Assembly: GCA_036172245.1 (NCBI GenBank)
Contig: JAYWIR010000004.1
Span: 682,001 to 746,000, forward strand
DNA: 64,000 nucleotides
Source: Raillietiella orientalis
Taxonomy: Eukaryota
Direction: 5' to 3'
Made by a program: the position numbers and the translations under genes. The notes beneath the pieces are model-generated. The model had not been told where the DNA came from and did not search any database. It worked only from the letters and a program-made list of their open reading frames with translations. Positions within the stretch are counted from its first letter, which is position 1. The number at the start of each line of letters is the position of its first letter. This document shows, in pieces, positions 13,634 through 27,200 of the stretch.

Positions 13634-15310
13634 TTTTTCACCCGGTCATGTCGGGCGTTTATTATAAAAAATGATAAACATACATGTGTAGGGCCATCAG
13701 ACCGACACTGTCCGAAAATGCTCGGAATCTGCCGAGTAACCAGCACGCAGGCCGGCGAGGCTCGCTTCGGCAGCAGAGAAGGAGGGGGCAAACAAAAAGA
13801 AAAATAAACAAAGAAATATATACAAAAGATTGGGAGGGTTAGGGAAGGGATCACTGGGTGCTGGAGGGCGTCCTCTGCATCCTTTCCAGGATGCTGGTAA
13901 GTTCCTTCTGAGTATGTCCCAGGTGGGGTCATCTAGCTGCCATCCTCATGGAGCTCAAGACGAAGCAGATGGCGTCTTTATCGCGCCATCCTCCTCTCGC
14001 GTAGCTCCAGGCCTCCGCAATTCTGCGTAGGCAGCAAAGAGCTGCTGAGGGTGAGCCAGGCGAAAGGGCATCGCTCACGAAGGGGTGCTTCAACACATCC
14101 CTAGGATTGTCCTTGGATGCCCCAAGGACCATTGCTTAACGCAACCACAGGGGCCGGAGGGCAACACAGTCTACAAGCAGGTGCGGGAAGGATTCCCGTT
14201 CCCCACACCTGCAACGGTTGGGGTCCACAGCCCCCCGGGTCCAGTGAGCCTCGTGGATACGTTGCACGAGACCCCAATGCAACAGCAGAAGTGCTGGCTC
14301 CTGCCACTTCAGGGGGAGGGCCCGGTTGTTCTTTAGCACTGGGGACTACTCGAGGACATCCTGCAGGATTCTCAGCAGCTCACCCCAGAGCAATAGTCCT
14401 TCCGGCGGGGCAATTGAGTAAGCTGGCCCGTGGTCCAACCACCTAGCTCCTTAGTCCGAAGACCTAGTATACATTGGACCTCCCATTTGGCTGACTGGTT
14501 ACTGCCCAAGTGCTCCCTGAGGGAGGACAGTAACGCGGCTAGAAGGTTCTTTGCGCCTACGAACACGTGGTGGTGAGCTGCACGATGACGTCCTGCAGCT
14601 AGAGGCTGTTGTAGAAGGAGTGCAGCAGCCGCTGCCGCATCTCCGTGCTCGCCTCGTTGTTCTTGGTCCATGTGCAAACGGTTTCCTGCAACCAGGCACT
14701 ACCGCTCGCGGGCTGGCAGAAGATCCAGTTGTTGGTCCTGGTCAGTTTGGCCACTCTCCAGAGCTCCAGTCCGCAAATGGACACGTTGCGTCTGCGCCGC
14801 CGTGCCAGAGCGAAGACAGTCCCGCGTAGCCGGTGGCTCGCTTGAGCAGATATCGTGCAGGCTCGCACCAATTCGTGCTCCAAAACTCCGCCACTAGAGC
14901 AAGTGTCCACCGGATCCGCCGCTCCAGGCTCTCCAGCGTCAAGAGGCCGAGACCCCCGTCGCGACACGGAGCTCATCAGTCCTTCAGGCGGACTCGGGGC
15001 CTACCTGTGCCTCACAGGGCGATTCTCAGGAGGTCCTTCGTCAGCCTTTTAATGCTACTCTGTGGGGGACAAACAAAAAGCAGGGAGCGGGGGAGGTGTG
15101 CCACAAACGTGTTCCACACCGTAGCCAAGAGAAAGAGAAACTTGCCATCCTGGAACGGGCCGATCGCCGAGTCTGCCTTCTGGAGGGAGCTGGACCACGC
15201 CTCCTCCGGAGAATAGTCTCCCAAGTTGGTCATTGATGGAGTACACCATGTGGTGTACGCGGCCTGTTTTTACGGGGAACGACTCGTAGCTGCGGTGCTA
15301 ACTCAGAGCC
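13634..15310 (-). mobile_element. 5'-truncated, decayed L1/Tx1-like LINE (post-RT region, CCHC zf-RVT, 3' UTR)
   Basis: AWSSSLQKADSAIGPF..TVWNTFVA..LLFVCPPQSSIKRLTKDLL; PCRDGGLGLLTL; zinc knuckle CRCGERESFPHLLVDC..RPLW; pyrimidine-rich 3' UTR with AATAAA (13663-13658) and a short A-tail near 13634. Confidence 0.75.
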
Positions 15311-17819
15311 TAACTATTGAGCATCGGCCTTGCAGCATGCTCTGCTCAATACAGCAGGATTCCTACGGAAGTAAAATAGGAACATTTTCGTGTGTGAAAG
15401 AAGCCATATCAGAGATGACGAATTGAGCCACACGGGAGGAAGCACAAAAGAGGAAGCATAATCCCATGAAAGTTTGCGAGGAAACAAATAGAGTGATCAA
15501 CTGTTTGCTAGGTCGCAAGAGCCCGAGTCCCAGTAGTTCTTAAGCTGCTCAGCTGTCATACTGCTGCTGCGTCGGAATGCCTACACTAAATGAGCCTTAA
15601 TAGTGAGCGTCCGGGGAATCCAGTTTCATAGTTTTTAGAAAGCAGCCCTCTAATGAGACTGTAGTTTCATCTCTCAGCCGTAGCTGCCTTAAGTGCATTG
15701 AATGCGAGTACTGATGTCACCACCACACCAATTAAAAGAGCCACAACGATCACAACAACGCGTATCCCCTATCATGATGAACGGAAGCAACCTTGTTGCC
15801 GATCTGCGAAAATGCACTGCGGCACAAAGACACTAGACAATTATCATTTTGATTAATGTGTGCAACATTTTGCAGCCTGGATCGCTGCAGAACTGCTGAC
15901 TTAATGAAGCCACTCATAATCTACCTTCCTCACGTGACTTTGAATTTATTGCTCGTGTTTGCAAAAGATGACAGCAGGTTGTGCTGTGAGGACAGGAGAA
16001 AAGGTGCACGATACAATCCACATATAATACAGGGTTCTCCTGAGGAACTCAAAGAAGCTTGTGGTACGAATTAAACTGACTCACAGAACACCCTTATAAC
16101 CTCTCGCGGTGATGAATAAATGGAAGCAGCTCTCACGCCTTTTTGAGCTTGCAAAAAACCCTTAGTTTTTGGAATTCCGTTTTCCCTAGCTGAGCTGAGA
16201 AGGAACAAGAGGAGTCACGAAAGTTCCATAGAAAAATTACAGAGCGTGAGAATTGATCAAACGCTGCCCCGATTAGAGGAAGGCTCCTGACAGCTGGTAT
16301 CTTGATGAAAACACACGAACTGATGCCAATACACGGGAAATGCCTTTGTTTTCAGAATGTTCGTATTATTATGAACATAAGTATGTATTCGTATGCATGC
16401 AAGAGAATACACATATATAATAACTGTGTGTGTGCGCTCGTGTAATTACGCACGTATCTATATGAACGTAGCACACACACGCAGGCATATAAGCGCCTAC
16501 ACACACAAACACATACGTATATATATGCATTTACATCCGTAGAAGATCCGTATTATAGATCTAATAATTTTTCTTATTGATTGTGAGTCATATTACTCTG
16601 ACGATACGAACTGTTTTATGCACTGCAACTTGCTATGATTCCATCAACCTAGATACATACACTTAACAAATCATATTTCATTAATATTGATAAAATATAA
16701 AGCACATCTTGTGCTTTCTTTTCACTCTTAATAGCGGTATTTCAATTTTAGTTTTATCTATTTAAGAATAGCACTAAAAAACATCCAACGAATTAGCCCC
16801 TTTGTGTGCATTTTGGACAGCTGTCTGACAATTTTAGCGAATTTGGATGAAACATCCACTTCATGATGGGCAGCAGTGTCGTATTTATTAATATTGATGG
16901 AGAAGAATTTTCATATTCTTTTTAAGAAAATACGAATATTTTCTTCTTTTATCTAAGATCCACTTTGCTTCCAAGAATGCTGATCTTCATGGATTATTCA
17001 ACTTTCATTTCTTTGAGAGGCGGCGATAAACATCTAATGATAACATCTTCCTAAATGCGGCTGTCGTCATGATCATTATCACCCAAAACATTTCGATTAC
17101 CCAACAAAAAGCAAAAAAGCCACTATGAATACTACAAAAAAGAAAGAAAAAAAAAAGCAGCTCTGCTAGCTAATGGACTGAGTGAACTCTATTACGCCTA
17201 AAGAGTAATTACAAAATAATGAAAATGCTGAACCAAAAAAAGAAAGGAGCAAAGCTTACAAATGGATTAGATCTGAGTAAATTGAAAAGCACAGTGCTCA
17301 ACATACTAGTCATTTTGCTATTTACAATACTTGAAGATAAACAAGGAGAGCAGGAAAGGAAAGATTACGTTAAGAAGCAAAGCAAGCTTGATAAGGAAAA
17401 ATAATGACAAAATTATTGTTTCAACTGTTCTCAACTACAAATGTAAATACTGCAGGCATATGCCAGGTGATATCAGAGAAACAAAGAACAAATCAAAGGC
17501 TTGATAAAATTACATCTCATGAACGGATCTGGTGAAAAAGTGACTATTATTCGAGACTTTTCACAAGGATAAGTCGATCATCTTATACAATGTTGTAATT
17601 CTGGAACCTTCCTCCTACCCAGAAAAGAATGGGACCAAACACGTGGACTACTGTCCCAAGTCTGCTTGGTACACGAAGTTTTCAAATGTAGTACACGAAC
17701 AAAGTAGTCGTTGTGAGCAAAAGAATAACGAGTAATTTCCCATGGAAGAATGAAGCATCCTTTTTGTCACAGACACGAATAACTTATCGTAGAGGGAAAG
17801 CCAGGAGTCATCAGAAACC

Positions 17820-18110
17820 ATCTATCGATCGCTTATCGATTCATATGTGGTAACTCCAGCGTGCGGTATACAGCGCAAAATATTCGTGTAAGAAAAAAAA
17901 AGAAAAAAGGAAGTTTTGATAGCACACTTTCCCGCATCACACATTCGTTTTTCCTTCCTCGTTCTTTAAGTGCCTTCTGTGGCGCCTTTTTATGTGTATT
18001 CCCTGGAGAGATGAATATGTGTGCATAGATCGAATATTTTCATTTACGTACATTGGGATTGCATGCGCAGTAGCAAAATGTTGGAAAATCGATATTACAT
18101 AAAATGGCGA
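17820..18110 (+). promoter_or_regulatory. Probable core promoter region of the BTB gene
   Basis: Three near-DRE sites (TATCGATC about 17823, TATCGATT about 17834, AATCGATA about 18087) and a YY1/Pho-like AAAATGGCG (18101-18109), just upstream of the acceptor at 18373. CpG-containing, next to an AT-rich gene body. Confidence 0.4.
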
Positions 18111-18377
18111 GTGCGTTCCGAGCTGCTGGGTTGTCTATGCTGTGGTATCCTACATCGATTGTTTATATCATATAAGTGAAATAATTAATACAGGTTTATA
18201 TTTTGCTAAGAATTTTCGGATTTTTTCCATTACAATGAGTATAATAGTAAATTATTTTGGAAGTGTAATTATCTGCTTTTTATATTTTGTCTATTAAGTT
18301 ACACCCGAAAATAGGATTTCGTTTGTTTATGGTGATTAGTACACTTTTTTGTGCTTTCAAAAATACTCTTTAGACAA

Positions 18378-19025
18378 ATGGCGGAAAGTGATCAACAGTT
18401 CTGTCTGAAGTGGAACAATTATCATACAAATTTACAGACTGTGTTTTCCAAACTGTATACAAAGGAGGCTTTAGTGGATTGCACATTAGCCTGTGATGGA
18501 TATAAAATTAAATGCCATAGACTTGTGCTTTCAGCTTGCAGCTCCTATCTTGAAGATCTTTTATTGGATAATCCTTGCCCACATCCAATTATTGTCCTGA
18601 AGGATGTACAGTATTGGGAACTTGATGCAGTTGTAAAGTTCATGTATTATGGTGAAGTTAATGTTTCCCAAGACAAGTTAGGAAATTTACTCAATGTTGC
18701 AGAAGCCCTAAAAATTAAAGGGTTAGCAATCACCGATGATGATAAATGTCAAAATCCATTCGAAAACAGAAAATCATTATTGGGAACTAGAGCAGATGAT
18801 CTCAATTCAAGAAAAAGAGAAGATAATGGATATATAGGCTCACTCAAAAAAAAGCCTAGAATAAGTAACAGTAGTGAGAAAGCAAATAATCAGTGCGATC
18901 GATCATCCACAATTTTATCGAACTCTTTACAACTCTGTTTTGAAAGTAATCCCAACTCAGATAAAGATGATGAAAACACTGTGCTCGATAACAGAGATTT
19001 CTCCAAGCAAAGTAATAATACAGCG
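18378..19025 (+). CDS. BTB-HTH transcription factor, constant coding exon 1 (Tramtrack-type BTB/POZ domain, 216 aa)
   Basis: TTTAG|ACAAATG; MAESDQQFCLKWNNYHTNL..LVDCTLACDG..KCHRLVLSACSSY..HPIIVLKDV..FMYYGEVNVSQ..AEALKIKGL; basic NLS-like KKKPR; phase-0 donor GCG|GTAAGC. Confidence 0.97.
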
Positions 19026-22000
19026 GTAAGCATTCATATGTTAATTAACCTGTAATTGCACGCACAATTCATTTTGGAAATTGAAAGGAACAGTATTAAT
19101 ATGTTGGTTATATTTTTAGTTTAATGAATACTATGATATGGATTTTATAATATTTGTTATTAGTTCTTATCATTTTTCAGTTTTTATAAAATCAAAAGGA
19201 GCAAAAAACAAAAACATTCTCAAGACTGGCAAGTTTGGTTGATAGGCTTCATATCACTGTTTATTGTTTATGACTATTTGATGTACTCCAGAGTTGAGAA
19301 TGAATTCACAGTGAATACACGAAATCATAATTAACGTAAAGTACATCATATATTGGAAATGCAAATGAATTTTCATTGTGTTGGTAATAATTTGCTGATT
19401 ATAATCATGACTCTTGGAGAGAGAGAGAGAGAATCATTGCTTACACCTCAGAGTTAGCAAAAACACGTACAAAATTTTTTTTCATATAAGTTAATGTTTT
19501 CTCGTAGTTGAGCGTTTCTTGTTGAAAACGTTAAAACTTGCAATTTATGCCGAGTTCTTTTGGAATGTGTGCTTGCAAGTTCCTTTATTATAGAGTGAGC
19601 GAGCAGTGTTTGCTACAATGAGCAAGTATACTAATGTTTCTTATAGTGAGCTGCTATAGGAAACATCAGTTGACCTTTTTGCAAAAGCTGGAAACATTTC
19701 GTGCTTGACAAGTACCGAGAGTTTATTAAGTTTTTTTTTTACATCCTGTCTGTTGCACTTATGTTTACAGCCAAATTGTTCAACCATCTGTTTCGTATTT
19801 TTCATTTTACATTCCACTTTTGAGTCTTTTCAATTTCTGTGTTATTTTTGTTGTGGCCCAGAGAAAGGTAAAGTAGATGAATGTGTTGTTTAATTATGTG
19901 TTCTTCAAATCATTAAAAGAACGCTTTTAACCATTTCACAAAAACTAGTAGCAGATGCTATTGACTTTAGAAATATTCAGTGGCAAAATCAGTCTAGATT
20001 TGGGTCTCAAAATCAGATGTCGCGCATTAAAAAGGACACAATGTTTGATACAATGCTTGATTCTGTTTTTCTTCGTATTGTAGGGGAAAAAATTTTCAGA
20101 GACATCAAATGGCTAAAAATTTTCATTGCCAGAAATCACTGCTTTCGCAGCAGATGCATGTGCAACTGCTTGTTTATACATGGTTGATTGATACACCGAA
20201 TGCTCGTTACTTCAAAATCATAACGAATTTAATGTCATGTTTTCAAAGTGTACAAGTTTTCAGTAGTGAGACAGCACTTTTTCCAGAAGTTGGAAATCAG
20301 ATGTAGGAATTATTTATAATTTTTGCTTGCAAAGATATAGGAACAAACGGTAAACAGATGACCCATTATTGCTTTCCATGATTTTATTACCGAATTTCGA
20401 ATGTTTAAAAGAACTTATGTAAAAAGTATGTTGGATTGATGCTTACCGATAATTATATTTTTTCAGGTTCTTTTTTCTTCAAAATTGCATCATCATCATT
20501 AAAATCATATGTAAACTATTATTTTGGAATTCAACAAAATGGATTTAAATGAAAGTTGAATTTGAAGAATTTTATAAATCATGCATACATGTTGTGTAGT
20601 TGATCACTACATTAGGGAAAAGTTCTGGATATAAATTTGAGTAAATAACTCATTTGGAGGTTTTCTTAAATAATTTTATCATTCAAAATAAGGCAGTCAA
20701 TTCATAAATTATATGAATTTGTTATAAAACTGCAAATGGAGTATACTGTTTTTCACTGTGAAACAAATATATTTTACTTTTGCATGAACACTTTAAATGT
20801 TCACAAAGTTTCCCATTTAGTGTATTCAGCCATACAGAAATTGATACAATGGTTGTGCTTATAAAAGCTTAGCCATTTTTTTCAACTTGTCAACTTCATT
20901 TAGTGAACTGATCAAATTCTGACATGCAAATTCATGGTATCCCCTCAGATCTTGAGTGCTGTATGTATTATGGTGAAGATGTGCTGTGGTAATTGGTTTG
21001 TTTCGATGAAACTAGCTGTTTCAATAGATTTAAATATTTTTGTATCTGTGTGATAATTTCAGACTGATGCAAAATTGCTATTTCTCCGTTTTTCGTTTTT
21101 TTGATGCTACTCAAATTTTTTGACCTAGCATGAAAATGGTAGAATGTTTTGTTGATTATAATAACAAACACCATTCTGGAGTGATTTTCAAATTATGCTT
21201 AATGTGCCATTCCACCTAATTTTCTTAATTTATATGTTACTTTTATTATTCAAATTATAATATTACCGTTAGCATTATGAGTTTTGCGCTTGGTGAATTG
21301 GTTTGCTCATTTGAATAATTAAGCAAAGTAAAATCATCAGTGCTGCAATTGCATTGATAATTTTACAATTTCGAAGGGTCTTGACGGTGTTGAAATGGTG
21401 TCAGGCGGTTATTTTTGAATTATTTTTTAAAATATAAGTAAATAGTAAGTCGATAAAAATTAGGTAGTAAGTTGTTAAAAAGCGCGATCTTAAGTAAGCA
21501 GGATTTTACAATTTCATAAAATTAGCATGTAATTGTGTAAAGAGAGTTTTATTTCCCTCACAAGATCCCCATCAGATACTAACATGCATTCTCTCAAAAA
21601 ACTGATGATGGATTTGTAAAATTAAATTTCATAATTAAAAGAAAACAGAGTGAAAATGTGCTTGAACTTTATTACCAGTGCCAGAATTTGTATTCAGAAG
21701 TTCAAAATAGAATTTATAATGTATGACACTTCAAACCTCCACCTATTTGATTCTGTTCTTCCAAAACTTGTGCAAAAATACTTCATTAGCACTGTTGCAT
21801 TTATAGATTGATCTGTTGCCTGATTTTATTCATTTTTTTTTTTTTTTAATTTTTAACACTAGGTTTCCATTTTTGGTAGTTACAGAAATTAAAATCATAT
21901 GTAAACTGTTCTCTGGAAATGTTTTTCACTAAATGATGATTTTGTCAAATTAATAACTGCACAATTTATTGTATTCCACATACTTTTTGATAATAAGAGT

Positions 22001-22082
22001 GTGTGCCTTATGTAGGAAGAAATTAGGTTAGCTCATTTTCAAATATTCTCTGTACTGTATTATATGATGATATTATTTATAG

Positions 22083-22142
22083 ATTGTAAAATATGAGAAA
22101 GATGATGTGAAGGATGAAGACTTCCATACTGAATCTCTTTAT
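22083..22142 (+). CDS. BTB gene constant exon 2 (IVKYEKDDVKDEDFHTESLY)
   Basis: TTTATAG|ATT ... TAT|GTAAGT; 60 nt, phase 0/0; acidic linker with VKxE motifs typical of ttk-group linkers. Confidence 0.85.
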
Positions 22143-22187
22143 GTAAGTAATTATTTGCAAACAACAGTGTATGAATCAATTTTATAG

Positions 22188-22275
22188 CCTGACATTGAAA
22201 ATGATGCTTCTGATGAATTAGTATGTGAGCAACCTAGTACTTCAGGAGGAACATTAATAGCTAGTCAGCCTGCAG
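22188..22275 (+). CDS. BTB gene constant exon 3, the last common exon, with a phase-1 donor
   Basis: Follows a 45-nt intron; TTTTATAG|CCT; PDIENDASDELVCEQPSTSGGTLIASQPA+G; donor GCAG|GTAGGC. Confidence 0.85.
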
Positions 22276-23049
22276 GTAGGCACGTTGTTATTTTTTGGAT
22301 GTTTTAGTTTGTTTACAATAAATATTTTTATCATATTCTCAATGAGGTGAGTAAGTCCTTGATTTTGGAATGTTTACAAAGCACCTTGTTTTCAACACAC
22401 GGTTCTACACACACCAAGGATGGCAGCAGGAAATAGAGTGAGCTATCCGGGCAGCAAAAATAAATAACAGCAGAGTTTAAACTGCTCATGGTTTAATATG
22501 ATAGTAGCATGATGAAATGTTATCTTAAAAACATTAATTCCATAAATAAGTTCATACAGTCGAGAAACAGGATTCTCAGATAAGATTATGCATTTTGATC
22601 TCATGGCTTTTGGTGTCTACGTGCACAAATTATAATACAGTTGTTGTGTGAACATGTGGCACTTTGAGTGACCTGACCTTAATTCCATGGTTGTGCTTTG
22701 TTTTGATTAGTAAATTAAGTTAGAATTTGTAACAGAGCTTTTATTGTATGGCTGATTTTGATGCCATTTATTGTTTAATCATTTAGCCATTTTTTCTTGG
22801 AAGATTGTATATAATTTATTTCAGAAACGATTTTTTTATTTAGATTTATAGGAGCTTAGTGTTTAGATGACTGTATTTTTGTGAACATTATCACTGTTAT
22901 ATTTGCTGCTGTTCCTTGGTTGTTAAGTGCCGTAGTGAATAGCCAGGTATTGAGTTTCCTTTCTTCCTCATACCTTTAGCCTTTTTCCATGATTGTGTTT
23001 GGCATGCTTGAGGTGACTTCTGTTTCCTATAGTACGCTGCTATTAATAG

Positions 23050-23204
23050 GTTGGCGAAGAAGTTACACAAGAGACCAGTTTAAGGATGCTTTAGATGCAG
23101 TCATTGATGGTGGAATGCCAGTGCGACGTGCAGAAAGAATATATGGGGTTCCTGAAGCAACACTTCGCATGTGGAAGAAAAAAATAACACGAGGAATCAA
23201 ATGA
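23050..23204 (+). CDS. Alternative terminal exon V1: HTH_psq domain (isoform about 316 aa)
   Basis: Phase-1 acceptor TAATAG|GT; GWRRSYTRDQFKDALDAVIDGGMPVRRAERIYGVPEATLRMWKKKITRGIK*; AATAAA at 23845-23850, before the next intact acceptor. Confidence 0.9.
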
Positions 23205-23515
23205 TACCAAAGCGGGTGTGTTGGATTTTGTGTTTCTAATTTTTTCTATTAGTTATCTGTCTGTGGTGACAATTTTTCAGTCATTTTATGCTGCTTGTTT
23301 TTGTTTTTTATCTATTACTTGCATGCTGCATGGAATACACATTCTATCATGCTAATATATATTAGACAAGAGGTCGGGTCACAGTGTTCACATGTCTGCT
23401 CCACACTGTGTGTGCTGCCCGGAATGTTGCTTTACATTATCTATAAGCTCTCTTATGTTATGCTGCTCTGCTTGTGAGAACTATTTTTAAGGTGTAGCAT
23501 TGCTTTTCTTGACAG

Positions 23516-23626
23516 GTGGGCAAGACAGGCGCAACATCGACTAGCTCGTACATAAGCTGAGAGAACTTGCTGATAGCAGTTGCAACTATTTTGATTCTGG
23601 GCCTGTCTCAACATGGAGTTCCTTAA
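23516..23626 (+). pseudogene. Possible decayed Psq cassette (pseudo-exon)
   Basis: Acceptor TTTTCTTGACAG|GT; YIS*ENLLIAVATILILGLSQHGVP* resembles YSxENLxxAVxAIxxGLSx(RxAAxx)YGVP with a deletion, stops and a frameshift. Confidence 0.3.
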
Positions 23627-23693
23627 TGCTTTGGCCTGCTTCAGTCCACCCTCAAACTTGGGGTTTTTGTCTACGTCGACAAACAATATGCTG

Positions 23694-23726
<33 letters not shown>

Positions 23727-23928
23727 CAAATCTACTTTGCAGGATGGGATGGGTGGGAATGGGATTTATGTTAAATATTGCGGTTTTGGATGAGTATTCA
23801 TCTCTCGTCGAATTCTCACCTCTAGTCCATTGTTTATTGTTCAGAATAAAAGATATACGTTCTGTAATGTAGCTGTATGCTTGCTCGTTGTTTGGCACCC
23901 CATCATCTGATAGCTTTCCTTTCTACAG

Positions 23929-24290
23929 GAGAAGCACGCAGATCACGCAATGTGAGAAGGAACTATTCCGAAGCTACGTTAAGGCGCTGTCTGCAAGCGG
24001 TTCAGAATGGACTTCTTTCTCAGTTGAAAGCATCACAACTGTTTGGAGTGCCGCAACCAACTATCAGTGCCATATTGCGCCGCCAGAAAGTGTTGCTGCA
24101 GAAAAATAACTCAGAATTCAGCAGTAATGTAGAAATTAGCAGCTATTGTAGTTTATTATGTGTACCAGAAATGTCTGGATTTTTCTCGAAATCACAGAGT
24201 GATACTGCATCATTTCAAGATACCCAGTCGTCTGTTGTATGTGAACCAAGCTATTCCCAAGAAACACATACTGAAAGAAAGGAAACTTGA
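23929..24290 (+). CDS. Alternative terminal exon V2: HTH_psq domain plus Ser/Gln-rich tail (isoform about 385 aa)
   Basis: Strong phase-1 acceptor CTTTCCTTTCTACAG|GA; GEARRSRNVRRNYSEATLRRCLQAVQNGLLSQLKASQLFGVPQPTISAILRRQK..; AATAAA at 24308-24313. Confidence 0.9.
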
Positions 24291-27200
24291 GGACAGTGAA
24301 TTTATTGAATAAATTTTCCACATCATACAATACGTTCCATATGCATTTTTATACCTCATTACTGAATACTATGCAATTTTAATCACAACGTTCATTGTCG
24401 AGATTCGAGTCCGTCTTTGTGACCAATTAGCGAGTTTCTTTTATGTTACTCCAGAAAGTTAACCAGCTTACCATGCCCGTCATGTTCACAGTTTTTTTTT
24501 TTTTTTTTTAAAGTGTCTGCATGATATTCTCTGCTGCCTGTCCTTAGTCCACCGATTTATTTGAACAACATTTGCAAAAGAGTAGAAACGCATTGCGTGA
24601 AACACACAGTAAAACCATTTTTTTTTGCTGATGGTGCCAGGTTGCTTTAACATATCCTTGCATTACTCTGCCCATTTCCGAATGTAAAGTGCACTTTGGG
24701 ATGTATTCGTAGGAATGGCCCTGTATTTTTCCCGATGACCGAAAGTATGTTTTGCGCGTGCGAATGTGTTTTCCTCCGTGAGTAGCTCCGGCGAGATCGC
24801 TTTGGTGAGCGAAGGGAACGTCCAAAAGTTTGCATTTTCCTTTTGACTGCTGCTCTTCCGAGCAGGAATGACACTGCTCATTTCTCACACCGTTTCGCAT
24901 CGTTCGCAAAGCTACCGCCTCGTAGCCCCACGAGGGAGTACCTCAATCGCTTTCCATGATATCTCCTCATCTGAAGCCATTTTTGCATAGTCTGTGTACC
25001 TTAAGTGGTGAAGGTGTTTTCACTAATCACCAGCGTGGTTTCCTAAACAGGATGCAATGTATTCAGTTTTGTAGAATATGAAATAAATGTGCAGTATTGA
25101 TCATGATATCCATTCATTTACTGAAGATAGCGATGTATGTTGCTATCAGTACCACTGTATGAGTAGGGTGGAAAGTGGGTCTCAGCTAAAATCGCCCCCC
25201 TCCCCCACCTCCCTCCCGCAGATGCCACTAAAGTTTGTTTTCCTTCCAGATGTAGCGTTCGCCTTTTTTCCTGTTTTGCTGTCTGCCCTGTATTTCTCTT
25301 CCTGCATTCCTTTGATTGCACTACATGATTCTGCATTCACTTTGCTTTTTGTTGGTGCCCTCTTTCCCCCCTTCTCATGCATTTCAGTTTTAGATCTGCG
25401 ACGACAGCGTTTCTTGAGTGAGCAATAAACGCAGATAAAATCAGCAGCCCCCCACCCGAGACACCCACGGGTTAATGTATGCTCTTTCCACACGTCGTGG
25501 CCTTTCAAGGAATGTAATTTCCTGATTTCCTTCTTTCGCATGGCTTGTATTTTCGCGGACCGAAGCTTGCGATGTGGATGCACCGTGCTCGTGAAGTTCC
25601 GGGTCATGAAAGCAGAGTTTCAGTCCTCGTCCGGGGTTGCCCAGGCACCAACTGGACATGCGGCTGCATGGAAAGTGAGAAGCCGTGCATCGCAACAAGT
25701 GTTTGCTTACATTCACTACCGTGGGATTCTTGTGCTAACGTACAGGTGCAGAGGAGCACACATCCAAGCGGTCGCCGAAGCTTCGAATTGTATTTTACTT
25801 TGTGCATGCATGTACCAGAACATTTGGCTGCCGTAGAGATCGCTGGTGCATGCACTATTCCTGCCTTAGCATGGATCAGGGAATGCACTCGGGCAAGAGC
25901 ATCTGAAAGTCGGGTACAGGAGCAAGCACAGACTAATGGAATCGCGATTTCTTTGTCACAGATCCATCTCGACACAGAGATAGGAGAGCACACAATCCAG
26001 CAGTACGATTCGACTTGCCACCCTGACGCATGCTCCCCCTCCCCCATGTGTACACCGTGTTAGACACGATCCGCTTATATGCTGAATTCACTTGATGTGC
26101 GAGGTCTCAGCAACAAGAAAATTGCAATTCCTCGTGCTGCGAACAGCGTAGCCATAGTAACGGGAACCAGCGGGGCGTACTGTCGTTCTAAAAGATATGG
26201 AAGGATACGTGTAATTTTTTCCAAGAGGGAGCTCACTGTCCGCTTTTCTTGAGGGTTCCCAAATCCCTGCTGGGTAAAGCCTACCCCCAACCTAACAGTG
26301 ATGGCTAACCTTGGCTAAAAAAAAAAAGAGAGAATTAAAGCAGTGCACAAACTTGTTTTTTCCAGCTGCAAATCAAAGGCGCGCATTCCTCGTATTATTC
26401 CGAGTTAGATCCAGGACTCAAAGTTGTTTGTGTGGGGCAGCTGTGAACACGAAAAGTGAAAATGCGTTAGGTAGCATAACGGTTCTGGGAAATCAATCCA
26501 CGGCTCTGAGGGTAACTGACTCTGAGGTAAGGACTTCGCTCCCCTGTTACGAGGTTCGACATCGGCGTAAGAGCTGCTTTTCCCACTGGGCTACTCGATG
26601 TCATCATTCATTTATATACTTTTACTGATTCGTATATTTAAACATCATATACACTCTTAAAGTGTGCGCGAATTCCGCGTCTTCACGAAAATCCTGCAAA
26701 GGCAATCTTTTCTCAGTCACCGGTAAGCGCTCATAACATCTGTTGTTTTTTGGGCCACACAGACGCCAACACACATTGGTCCAAGGGCATTTTTGAAATC
26801 TGTATCAAGATCACACCTTTCACGTCATTCCAAGGAATGTCGATCGTCCGTTGCATATTGGCCTTTTTTTTTGCGTCTGTCGCTAACACACTTTTCCGTG
26901 TTCAGAACTAAGACGATAGAGTTTTGCGTCAATTTTGGGCTGCAAATACGATCGCGATAAAATTGCAGTGGATGTCCACGTGAAGAATCCGAAGAAATTC
27001 CCGAGTCACCGGAAGGCAATACCCAGGTCACCAACCGAAGACCAAACGCCCAAATGATCACAGCGGGCCCTACTCGCAGATAGACCTACGTATTTTCCTT
27101 GTGTATTTTCACTGCATCAGAAAATGAAAATTACATCGATTTTGTGCTGATGTGAAGGCGGCGGTTCACTTTTTATACGCGAAGAATGCCGAGGGTTCTC

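Noticed and set aside
16020..16290. SPEELKEA* ... FGIPFSL
   Set aside because: The fragments are too far apart and separated by stops.
23694..23726. T18-A15 fold-back
   Set aside because: Adjacent homopolymer runs; such runs are frequent here and their lengths are unreliable.
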